From the NCBI GenBank assembly GCA_046757025.1, contig JBHHXN010000101.1, positions 1 to 18,727 on the forward strand: DNA of 18,727 bases, read 5' to 3'. Below, piece after piece: positions 7,293 to 15,637 of this stretch. A model generated the notes under the pieces. The model saw only the letters and a program-made list of their open reading frames with translations, searched no databases and had not been told where the DNA came from. The first letter of the stretch is position 1; each line of letters starts with the position of its first letter. Source of the DNA: a bacterium. Lineage in GTDB: Bacteria; Zhuqueibacterota; Zhuqueibacteria; Oceanimicrobiales; Oceanimicrobiaceae. The position numbers and the translations under genes were made by a program.

Positions 7293-8297
7293 GTGCGTAA
7301 AATTTTCATTTTGACGTTTGTGTTATTTTTTGTTTGCCATTTTCCGAACTATGCACAGAATCGTGACCAGTCACACATCACATCCATCCGTCCTGTGCAC
7401 ACGTATTCCATCGTTGCCCGTGATCCAGAGACCGGTCAATTGGGGGTAGCCGTACAATCCCACTGGTTTTCGGTTGGCTCCCTGGTGACGTGGGCGGAAG
7501 CGGGTGTGGGGGCGGTGGCTACACAATCGTTTGTGGACGTGACTTACGGTCCATTGGGACTTGATCTCATGCGTGCTGGCCGCACGGCTCCGCAAGCTCT
7601 GGAGGCGCTAAAAGTTGCTGACCCCCACCCGGAAGTTCGGCAGGTGGCCATGATCGATGCGCAGGGAAATGTGGCCGCGCACACGGGTGAAAAATGCATC
7701 CAGGACGCCGGACATTTTGTCGGAGATAATTTTTCGGTGCAGGCGAATTTGATGCTGAACGCCAAAGTCTGGCCGGCCATGAAAGAAGCTTTTGAATCTG
7801 CAAAAGGGGATTTGGCAGAAAGAATGCTGGCGGCTCTGGAAGCGGCACAAGCGGTTGGCGGCGATATTCGGGGAAAGCAATCAGCCGCGATTTTAATTGT
7901 CAAAGGCGAGTCAAGCGGCCGTCCCTGGCAAGATCGCGTCATGGAGCTGCGCATCGAAGATCACCCTACGCCTATCAAAGAGTTGCGGCGATTGATCAAG
8001 CTGCATCGCGCTTATGAGCACATGAATCAAGGCGACCTCGCCATCGAACAAAACGATATGGAGCGGGCTTTACAGGAATATGCCGCAGCCGAAGCCCTGT
8101 TTCCGGACAATTTAGAGATGAAGTTCTGGCATGCGGTTTCGCTGGTGAATGCCGACCGCCTCGAGGAGTCGCTGCCCATCTTTAAGCAGGTTTTTGCAGG
8201 GGATAAAAACTGGGCCACCCTGGTGCCGCGCCTGCCCCTATCTGGCTTGTTGCCTGATAAAAAACCTGTTATCGACAAAATACTGTCCGTAAGGTAA
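7293..8297 (+). CDS. Secreted DUF1028 (Ntn-hydrolase-like) protein with a C-terminal TPR-like region
   Basis: TYSIVARDPETGQLGVAVQS, GVGAVATQS, RQVAMID, GGDIRGKQSAAIL, LRIEDHPTPIKEL; signal-peptide-like N-terminus; start moved from 7251 to GTG 7293 because AGGAGG lies at 7282-7287. Confidence 0.88.
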   Translation: MRKIFILTFVLFFVCHFPNYAQNRDQSHITSIRPVHTYSIVARDPETGQLGVAVQSHWFSVGSLVTWAEAGVGAVATQSFVDVTYGPLGLDLMRAGRTAPQALEALKVADPHPEVRQVAMIDAQGNVAAHTGEKCIQDAGHFVGDNFSVQANLMLNAKVWPAMKEAFESAKGDLAERMLAALEAAQAVGGDIRGKQSAAILIVKGESSGRPWQDRVMELRIEDHPTPIKELRRLIKLHRAYEHMNQGDLAIEQNDMERALQEYAAAEALFPDNLEMKFWHAVSLVNADRLEESLPIFKQVFAGDKNWATLVPRLPLSGLLPDKKPVIDKILSVR

Positions 8298-8335
8298 TTG
8301 ATTAAATCTATTTTGGACTAAATAAAGCAGAAACC

Positions 8336-9307
8336 ATGATTCTTCCGGCCTTTAAATTTCATCAACCCGAGACCGTTTCGGAAGCGCTGAAAATCGCCAG
8401 CCAGTGTCAGGGTGATTTTGATTTCATCGCCGGCGGAACCGATGTTTTGCCAAACTACAAAAATCGCCTCAATCATCGCAATAACGTCATTAGTCTGAAT
8501 AAAATAAAGGAATTGCACCAAATATCTGAAACGCAAATCGGCAGCATGGTGACCTTGAGGGAATTGGAACATAGTCCACTCATCAATAAAAAATATCCAG
8601 TGATTTCGCAAACTGCGCACCTCGTGGCCACGCCGTTGCTGCGGGAATCGGCCACGGTGGGTGGCAATATTTTGCTGGATACCCGTTGCTGGTTTTTTAA
8701 TCAGTCGCATTTGTGGCGGAATTCCAAAGGGTTTTGCTTAAAGGCCGATGGGGACGATTGTCTGGTGGTGCCGCAAAAGGAAGTCTGCTACGCTACCTAT
8801 TCGGGTGACCTGGCGCCGGTTTTCATGGTGTTAAATGCCACCTTTCATTTGTGCGGCCCGGACGGCCAACGCCAGGTGTCTGCAAAAGACTTTTTTACCC
8901 ATGACGGCATTACACGTAACGTCAAACGACAGGAAGAGATTTTAACCACTATAGATTTCCCCAGGGCTTCGCAAAAGCTAAAAGCAGGATATAAAAAACT
9001 GAGAATTAGAGATTCTATGGATTATCCGGTACTGGGAACGGCGGTGGCAGGTGAATTGAACCAGCAAACCATTGAAAAATTGCATATTGCCATTACTGGA
9101 ACGGGGACCACGCCGTTTCTTTATGAAGAAATCACCGATCAATATATCGGCGATCAATTAACGCCCGCATTGATTGAACAAATCAGTCAGGAAATCAGGG
9201 CGCTTGTAAAACCTTATCGTAACGTCCATTTCTCGCCGCAGTATCGCAAAGCCATGGCCGGAGTTTACATTAATAGGCTGTTGACGGAGTTAGCGGGGAA
9301 TCCCTAA
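8336..9307 (+). CDS. hcrB: FAD-binding subunit with [4Fe-4S] insert, 4-hydroxybenzoyl-CoA reductase beta-like
   Basis: FIAGGTD, ATVGGNI, DTRCWFFNQSHLWRNSKGFCLKADGDDCLVVPQKEVCYA (C-x15-C-x7-C-x8-C), GDLAP, KLRIRDSMDYP. Confidence 0.88.
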   Translation: MILPAFKFHQPETVSEALKIASQCQGDFDFIAGGTDVLPNYKNRLNHRNNVISLNKIKELHQISETQIGSMVTLRELEHSPLINKKYPVISQTAHLVATPLLRESATVGGNILLDTRCWFFNQSHLWRNSKGFCLKADGDDCLVVPQKEVCYATYSGDLAPVFMVLNATFHLCGPDGQRQVSAKDFFTHDGITRNVKRQEEILTTIDFPRASQKLKAGYKKLRIRDSMDYPVLGTAVAGELNQQTIEKLHIAITGTGTTPFLYEEITDQYIGDQLTPALIEQISQEIRALVKPYRNVHFSPQYRKAMAGVYINRLLTELAGNP

Positions 9308-9332
9308 TCTAAAACTTTAAGATACGATATTT

Positions 9333-10370
9333 ATGTCAAAAATAATGAAAGCGATGGTGATTCATGAACACGGTGGCGCAGAAAATTTATCTTTTGAAAA
9401 CCATCCTGTTCCCCAGATTGCTGCTGATGAAGTTTTAGTTGAAGTCAAGGCTGCTGCCTTAAATCATCTGGATTTGTGGATCCGACAGGGGCTTCCGACT
9501 TTGAAACTTAAAATGCCGCACATTTTGGGCTCCGACGCAGCCGGCGTAATTGCAGAAGTCGGAGAAACCGTCAAAAATGTCAAGCCCGGCGATAACGTGC
9601 TTCTGGCGCCAGCATGGGGATGCGGCGCCTGCCAACCATGCCTGGATGGCAACGATAATTATTGCCGCGATTATAAAATACTGGGGGAAAGTACACCGGG
9701 GGTTTACGCAGAATATGTAAAAGCGCCTGCAGAAAACGCCTTCCAAATTCCTACGGGCTTAACTTTTGAAGAAGCGGCCGCCATTCCGCTGGTTTATCTA
9801 ACAGCCTGGCACATGCTGGTTGAGCAGGTGAAGATTCAACCCGGTGAAGTCATATTAATTTTGGCAGCCGGCAGCGGGGTGGGCAGCGCGGCTATTCAAA
9901 TCGCCAAACTTTTCGGAGCACAGGTCATCGCTACGGCCAGCACAGAGGCGAAACTGCAAAAAGCCAGAGAATTAGGCGCCGATGAAATCATCAATTACAG
10001 TCAACTGGACTTTTTAGATGAAGTCAAACGGCTCACAAACAAAGCAGGGGTGGACGTTGTTTTCGAACATGTGGGCAAATCCACCTGGCAAAAGAGCATC
10101 CAGTCCCTGAAAAAAGGCGGCCGTTTGGTGACCTGCGGCGCCACCACGGGCTTTGACCCTGTTACCGACCTGCGCTATGTGTTTTTTAAGGAGCTTAAAA
10201 TTTTCGGCAATTTCATGGGGCGCAAAGCAGGGCTGTTAAAAGCGCTTTCTTTTTTTCCCGAAAAACTCAAACCGGTCATTGACACCACGTTTCCTTTAAA
10301 GGATGCCGCGAAAGCGCATGAGCGACTGATGAAACGGGAGCAATTTGGCAAAGTAATTTTACAGCCTTAA
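9333..10370 (+). CDS. Zinc-binding MDR-family NAD(P)H oxidoreductase (ADH-like/quinone or enoyl reductase-like)
   Basis: 345 aa; AALNHLD, HILGSDAAG, structural Zn CGACQPC...C, AAGSGVG, GGRLVTCGATTG, GKVIL. Confidence 0.9.
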   Translation: MSKIMKAMVIHEHGGAENLSFENHPVPQIAADEVLVEVKAAALNHLDLWIRQGLPTLKLKMPHILGSDAAGVIAEVGETVKNVKPGDNVLLAPAWGCGACQPCLDGNDNYCRDYKILGESTPGVYAEYVKAPAENAFQIPTGLTFEEAAAIPLVYLTAWHMLVEQVKIQPGEVILILAAGSGVGSAAIQIAKLFGAQVIATASTEAKLQKARELGADEIINYSQLDFLDEVKRLTNKAGVDVVFEHVGKSTWQKSIQSLKKGGRLVTCGATTGFDPVTDLRYVFFKELKIFGNFMGRKAGLLKALSFFPEKLKPVIDTTFPLKDAAKAHERLMKREQFGKVILQP

Positions 10371-10392
10371 TAAGGAATAGGGTAAAACATAA

Positions 10393-11253
10393 ATGAAAGT
10401 AGATAAAATTGCCGTCATCGGCGCCGGCATCATGGGAAGCGGGATTGCGCAGGTCGCTTGTTTGGGTGGTTTCCAAACCGTGCTGCAAGACTTATCAGAA
10501 AACGTTTTGAAGGAAGCCGTTGCCAGCATACAAAACAATTTTGACAAAGCAGTCCAGAAAAAACTGATTACCCGAATTCAGGAACAATCTGCGAACAATC
10601 GTTTGTGTATCGAAACAAAACTGGATAACGCTGTAAAAGATGCCGATCTGATTATCGAAGCCATACCTGAAAATATAGAATTAAAAATCGATTTGTTTTC
10701 CAAAATAGACAAGCTCTGCAAAACCACTACCGTTTTCGCTTCCAATACTTCCTCTCTAAGCATTACTGAAATGGCCGCTGACACCGAAAGGCCGGCGCAG
10801 ATCATCGGCATGCACTTTTTCAATCCCGTGCACAAAATGAAACTGGTGGAAATCGTCAAAGGATTGGAGACCAGCGAAGAAACCATCCAGTGTGTAATAG
10901 AGGTTGCGACAACGATGGGCAAGGAAACGGTAACCATCAAAGAGTCGCCGGGTTTTATCACCAGCCGCATTAATGCCCTGATCGGCAACGAAGCATTTTA
11001 TATGCTGCAGGAAGGTATCGCTTCTGCTGAAGATATCGACAAAGCGCTGAAACTGGGCCTCAATCACCCCATGGGACCGTTTGAAATGGTGGATTTGGTG
11101 GGCCTCGATACCCGGCTGAGCATTCTGAAATTTCTGCACCAAACCCTGGGTGAAAAATACCGACCCTGTCCACTGCTGGTGCAATATGTAAAAGCTGGCA
11201 GACTGGGTAGAAAAACTGGAAAGGGCATTTATAACTATGCTGAGAAAAAGTAA
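10393..11253 (+). CDS. 3-hydroxyacyl-CoA dehydrogenase (Hbd/PaaH-like)
   Basis: 286 aa; VIGAGIMGSGIAQV, IIEAIPE, ASNTSSLSIT, GMHFFNPV, PMGPFEMVDLVGLD, GRLGRKTGKG. Confidence 0.95.
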   Translation: MKVDKIAVIGAGIMGSGIAQVACLGGFQTVLQDLSENVLKEAVASIQNNFDKAVQKKLITRIQEQSANNRLCIETKLDNAVKDADLIIEAIPENIELKIDLFSKIDKLCKTTTVFASNTSSLSITEMAADTERPAQIIGMHFFNPVHKMKLVEIVKGLETSEETIQCVIEVATTMGKETVTIKESPGFITSRINALIGNEAFYMLQEGIASAEDIDKALKLGLNHPMGPFEMVDLVGLDTRLSILKFLHQTLGEKYRPCPLLVQYVKAGRLGRKTGKGIYNYAEKK

Positions 11254-11366
11254 AGGGTTGGTCAAAGCCAGAATATCTGAAACTTATCCAGCAAAGTGCA
11301 GGTAAACTTAAAATTGGAACCCGAATGAGCGTCCATCAGAAAACTTGAAAATGCAGGAAAATAAAT

Positions 11367-11417
11367 CTCTTGTGCGAAGGCGTCCCTTCGACAAAGCTCA
11401 GGACTGGCCTCGCAGAG
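11367..11417. repeat. Nested hairpin containing a REP-like CCCTTCGACAAAGCTCAGGAC motif
   Basis: Outer arms CTCT(TG)TGCGA(A)GGC and GCCTCGCAGAG enclose GTCCCTTCGACAAAGCTCAGGAC (11382-11404, GTCC/GGAC ends); single copy in this window. Confidence 0.5.
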
Positions 11418-11620
11418 CAAAGCAGGGATTCGCCCTCGACCAAGAGGTCTTTGGTAAGAAAGGATTCGATTTGGGAGGGACACGAATTATGTGAAGTCAC
11501 AATCCATTCAAAATCTAGCGGGTGTGAAGAAATGTAAATTCATCAACTGAGTTTTACACACAGACATTTCTTGCCAATAAAATGACTCGAATTGAGTAGG
11601 GTAGAACTGAGGAGCATTCC

Positions 11621-14059
11621 ATGATGAAACGATCTAAGCTTGAATATTTAATCTGGCTGGTTGTGGGTTGTAGTGGATTGACACTGTTTTTGAATTATCA
11701 ACCGAAAGTCGATCCGCTGTCGAAAGTTGTAATAAGCATCGGTCGCAAAGAAGCGGTCACCAAATCCGAGGTTTACCTACTGAGTCAGGGATTTGATTTG
11801 TCGGAATTAGCTTCGCTGCACAGAGCCGTGCGATTTTTGCCTTCGCAAGTTCAACAAAGAGCTTATCAAATGCTCGACTTTTCGGAACAGGATATCCAAT
11901 TTTTAGAAGGCCAATCGCCCGCCTACTACTGGTCTGTGAGCTGGTTTAACGACAATGGTCAACAGATTTACAACGTGGTGGTCGGCCCTGATGGCGAACC
12001 GTTTGGCTTTGACTACTATATACCCGAAGATGTTCCAGGCGATAGCCTGACTCAGGAACAGGCCAAACAGATCATGGACGAATTTTTATTGACAAAAATG
12101 CGCATCGATCTGGATAATTATGAGCTCCTGGAAATTAGCAGCGACCGCCAAAGATCGCGCATGGATTATTTTCTAAATTACTACTCCAAATATGACTTCC
12201 CTGGCGAGATTCAACTGCGCCTGAGAACCGCCATCCGCGGAAGTCGAGTGGCGCATGTCACCACGTTTTTCCATCTCCCAGAACGATTACTCAACGACTC
12301 CATCGAAGAGATTCAAAATGGCAATATCATTGGATTTGTGGTAGTGCCGTCCATCATGCTCGGAATTTTTATTATCTTGAGTGTGCTGTACATATTGCGG
12401 TTTCATGCGGGTGAGATCGCCATCAAAGCGCCGATTGTGGTAGGGTTGTTTTACACTTTCGTGATTATTCTTATCGCCATCAACTCCTTCGATACCTGGT
12501 CGATTTTTGGGCTCAACAACGCCAGCCCGGGCATCCGCATGGTGGCCTATCTCGCCATTTATACATTCATCGGCGTGCTGGGCGCGGTTATGATTCTACT
12601 CTCCTGGTCAGTAGGCGACTCTCTGGTACGGGAGAAATGGGGATACAAATTGACCCTGTTTGATAAAATTTCCTCCGGCCGAATTTTTTTTCCTGCGCTA
12701 TTACCATCGGTTTACATCGGATACATGGCCGGCTTTCTGGCAATCGGTTTGTGGTCGGTATTGACGTATCTGGTTACGCAGAATTTTTCAGCCTGGACCG
12801 AGATGCGAGGCGCGCTCTTTCTGTTCACATCGTATTTTCCAGCATTGGAGGTGAGCGGTGAAGCTGTGACCGATTCCTTGTTTTACAGCTTCATCGGAGC
12901 GGTCTTCTTGATCGCGGTGTTTAACAAATATCTCAAACCGATTAAAAATCAACATTTGAAAACATTTGCGGCCATAATGATCATGGCGCTGTTGGTTTCG
13001 TTCAGCCAGTCTTTGATTCCAATTTATCCTTTTTACTGGCGTTATGCCATCACCGTGATCACCAGCTTTATCCTGGGATGGATTTTTGTCAGGTATGATC
13101 TGGTTGCAGTGCTGGTGGCTGGATTTATTTTAAGCGCAGTGCCGTATGCTTATGAATTATTTCAAACCGAGCAATTTTTCATATCCGGTATCATCGCTTA
13201 TATTTTTACCTTTACTCCATTTGTAATCGGGTTGATTGCCTACTTTAAAGGCAAAGAGTTGACGATGGAAGAGCTGGCTACGAAACCGAGTTATGTCAAG
13301 TTGATAGCGCAGCGTGAACGCATGTCGCAGGAACTCGATATTGCCCGCAACGTTCAAATGAGTCTGTTGCCCAAGAAAAATCCGCTGGTAGAAGGCTACG
13401 ATATCGCAGGAGTTTGTTTGCCAGCCCTGGAAGTCGGCGGGGACTATTATGACTTCTTCCAACTGGGAGATGGCAAGATCGGCATCGCTATTGGAGACGT
13501 CTCCGGCAAGGGCGTACCCGCAGCTATTTACATGACATTAACCAAAGGCATCCTGCAGACCTGCGCCAGCGAGACCGGCTCCCCAAAAGAAGTCCTTTTC
13601 AAGTTAAATAAACAAATGTACAAAAGCATCGAGAGAAATTCGTTTGTCAGCATGTTTTATGCGGTTCTGGATATGACCAACCACAAAATCAGGTTTGCCC
13701 GGGCCGGCCATAACCCGGCGATTCTTGCTCATCGCAGCAGTGACACCAATTCCTTGCTGGAACCCAAAGGCATCGCGGTGGGGCTTGAAAGCGGCAAGAA
13801 ATTCTATGAAATTCTTGAAGAACATGAACTCCAACTGGAACGGGGAGATGTACTTACATTTTATACGGATGGTTTTACCGAAGCCAGCACCAAAGACGGC
13901 GAAGAGTACGGAGAAGAAAGGCTGATAAACCTTATTTCGCAAAATAAAGATTTCACTGCCAACGCGATCATCCAGAAAATTGTACGCTCGATAAAAGCAT
14001 TCATTGGCAATCACCCCCAGCATGACGATATGACTATGGTTGTGGTCAAGGTGCTGTAG
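11621..14059 (+). CDS. Polytopic membrane protein with C-terminal PP2C (SpoIIE/RsbU-type) Ser/Thr phosphatase
   Basis: 812 aa; N-terminal TM, about 200 aa soluble region, roughly 9-10 hydrophobic segments, then ELDIARNVQMSLLP, VGGDYYDF, GDVSGKGVPAA, RAGHNP, YTDG, HDDMT; GAGGAG RBS. Confidence 0.92.
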   Translation: MMKRSKLEYLIWLVVGCSGLTLFLNYQPKVDPLSKVVISIGRKEAVTKSEVYLLSQGFDLSELASLHRAVRFLPSQVQQRAYQMLDFSEQDIQFLEGQSPAYYWSVSWFNDNGQQIYNVVVGPDGEPFGFDYYIPEDVPGDSLTQEQAKQIMDEFLLTKMRIDLDNYELLEISSDRQRSRMDYFLNYYSKYDFPGEIQLRLRTAIRGSRVAHVTTFFHLPERLLNDSIEEIQNGNIIGFVVVPSIMLGIFIILSVLYILRFHAGEIAIKAPIVVGLFYTFVIILIAINSFDTWSIFGLNNASPGIRMVAYLAIYTFIGVLGAVMILLSWSVGDSLVREKWGYKLTLFDKISSGRIFFPALLPSVYIGYMAGFLAIGLWSVLTYLVTQNFSAWTEMRGALFLFTSYFPALEVSGEAVTDSLFYSFIGAVFLIAVFNKYLKPIKNQHLKTFAAIMIMALLVSFSQSLIPIYPFYWRYAITVITSFILGWIFVRYDLVAVLVAGFILSAVPYAYELFQTEQFFISGIIAYIFTFTPFVIGLIAYFKGKELTMEELATKPSYVKLIAQRERMSQELDIARNVQMSLLPKKNPLVEGYDIAGVCLPALEVGGDYYDFFQLGDGKIGIAIGDVSGKGVPAAIYMTLTKGILQTCASETGSPKEVLFKLNKQMYKSIERNSFVSMFYAVLDMTNHKIRFARAGHNPAILAHRSSDTNSLLEPKGIAVGLESGKKFYEILEEHELQLERGDVLTFYTDGFTEASTKDGEEYGEERLINLISQNKDFTANAIIQKIVRSIKAFIGNHPQHDDMTMVVVKVL

Positions 14060-14122
14060 GGGCCTGGTTTTTGATTATGTTATTGGTATGAATATGACTT
14101 AGCCCAAACTTAACAAATTCTC

Positions 14123-15301
14123 TTGAAAAACATGGACGTAGTCATTATCGGCGGCGGAGTCATCGGCAGCTCGATTGCCTATTTTCTGGCAGCGCAAAAA
14201 GAGTTCGATGGCAAGGTACTGGTGATTGAAAAAGATCCCACCTACGCTCGCAGCTCCACCAGCCTTTCAGTTGGGGGCATTCGGCAACAATTTTCCATTT
14301 CAGAAAACATTCAAATGTCAAAGTTTGGAGCGGAATTTTTTAGAGCCGTTCCCGAGGTGCTCGCGGTAGGCGATGACCTCCCCAATATTTCGTTCAACGA
14401 GGCCGGCTACCTGTTTTTGGCCACTGAAAAAGGACTCGCGGATCTCAAACAAAATTATGAGCTGCAAAAACGCCATCAGGTTGAGGTGCTTTTTTTGGAA
14501 GCGGATGCGCTTAAAAACCGCTTCCCCTGGCTGCACACCGACGATCTGGCTGGCGGAACCCTGGGCCTGAAAGGAGAAGGCTGGATCGATCCGTACAGCC
14601 TGCTTATGGCATTCAAAAAGAAAGCGCTGGCCCTGGGCGTCATCTACCAGAAAGAGGAAGTCGTGGGACTGGAGCGCAAAGGCAACCACGTAGAATCGGT
14701 AGGATTGAAAAATAGCGGAAAAGTTGCCTGCAGATGGGTGGTTAATGCCGCTGGAATTTCTGCCGCTGCGGTGGCAGGCATGGCCGGCATCCCGGACTTG
14801 CCGGTGCACCCGCGCAAACGCTGCGTGTTCACTTTTGCCTGCCGGCAGCCAATTCCCGGCTGTCCGCTGGTGATCGATCCTTCTGGCGTCTATTTCCGAT
14901 CCGAGGGCAACAAATTTCTTTGCGGGGTGTCGCCGCCTGCGGAGCAAGACTCGGATTGCCACGATTTCAAAGTGGATACGAATTTATTCTACGAAGTTAT
15001 CTGGCCAACGCTGGCGCACCGCGTGCCGGCATTCGAGGCGCTGGAAAGGCAGCATTCATGGGCTGGGCATTACGCTTACAATGTGTTCGACCAAAATGCT
15101 ATCCTCGGGCCTCATCCCGTGGTGACTAATTTTTACTTCGCCAACGGTTTCAGCGGGCACGGTTTGCAGCAGTCGCCGGCTGTGGGCCGGGCCATCAGCG
15201 AGATGATCACTTTTGGCGCTTACAAGACGCTGGACTTGAGTAAATTTGCCTTTGACCGGTTTGCGGCTGGTGAGTTGATCAAAGAGAGGAAGGTCATTTA
15301 A
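14123..15301 (+). CDS. FAD-dependent oxidoreductase, DAO/sarcosine oxidase beta family (FOXRED1-like)
   Basis: IIGGGVIGSSIAY, STSLSVGGIRQQFS, GYLFLA, GWIDPY, WAGHY, NGFSGHGLQQSPAVG; TTG start. Confidence 0.92.
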   Translation: MKNMDVVIIGGGVIGSSIAYFLAAQKEFDGKVLVIEKDPTYARSSTSLSVGGIRQQFSISENIQMSKFGAEFFRAVPEVLAVGDDLPNISFNEAGYLFLATEKGLADLKQNYELQKRHQVEVLFLEADALKNRFPWLHTDDLAGGTLGLKGEGWIDPYSLLMAFKKKALALGVIYQKEEVVGLERKGNHVESVGLKNSGKVACRWVVNAAGISAAAVAGMAGIPDLPVHPRKRCVFTFACRQPIPGCPLVIDPSGVYFRSEGNKFLCGVSPPAEQDSDCHDFKVDTNLFYEVIWPTLAHRVPAFEALERQHSWAGHYAYNVFDQNAILGPHPVVTNFYFANGFSGHGLQQSPAVGRAISEMITFGAYKTLDLSKFAFDRFAAGELIKERKVI

Positions 15302-15325
15302 GGCAGTTATTATAGAACAAATTAA

Positions 15326-15376
15326 TTGAATTTCAACGCCCATTTTACTATATTGTATATATGATATATCAGTACA
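15326..15376 (+). promoter_or_regulatory. Sigma70-type promoter and palindromic operator of the TA operon
   Basis: TTGAAT (15326-15331), 17 bp, TATATT (15349-15354); perfect palindrome TGATATATCA (15362-15371) flanked by TGTA...TACA; AGGGAG RBS at 15376-15381. Confidence 0.6.
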
Positions 15377-15388
15377 GGGAGACATTTT

Positions 15389-15637
15389 ATGACCACACAA
15401 ATGATAATTCGTTTGGATTCCGAGACTAAAAACAAGCTCATGAAACTGGCACAGGCTGAGGGTAAAAACACCAGCCAGGTGGTGAGAGAGCTCATTGAAG
15501 ATTATGTTCAAAATCGGGATATGGTGGCTTACATTGATGATTTGTGGAAACGAGTTGGGAAAAAACTGCAAGCTCGAAAGGTCGGAAGTCGTGAAATCGA
15601 GCGTGCCATCCAAGATAGCAGAGCTTCTAAAAAATGA
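15389..15637 (+). CDS. Ribbon-helix-helix (CopG-like) antitoxin
   Basis: 82 aa; QMIIRLDSETKNKLMKLAQAEGKNTSQVVRELIEDY; ATGA overlap with the PIN gene. Confidence 0.85.
   Translation: MTTQMIIRLDSETKNKLMKLAQAEGKNTSQVVRELIEDYVQNRDMVAYIDDLWKRVGKKLQARKVGSREIERAIQDSRASKK

Noticed and set aside
4387..9307. Aerobic CO dehydrogenase (coxSLM) or xanthine dehydrogenase
   Set aside because: Lacks the CoxL AYxCSFR motif; MRGHG, GSYSSRVT and the four-Cys insert in the FAD subunit point to the Hcr type
11451..11461. TTGGTAAGAAA also present at 2779-2789, as a possible target duplication bounding an island
   Set aside because: An 11-bp AT-rich match is expected by chance in 18.7 kb and there is no other evidence of an island boundary
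11262..11483. 73-aa minus-strand intergenic ORF
   Set aside because: Runs through the palindromic elements, has no recognisable protein features and is probably spurious
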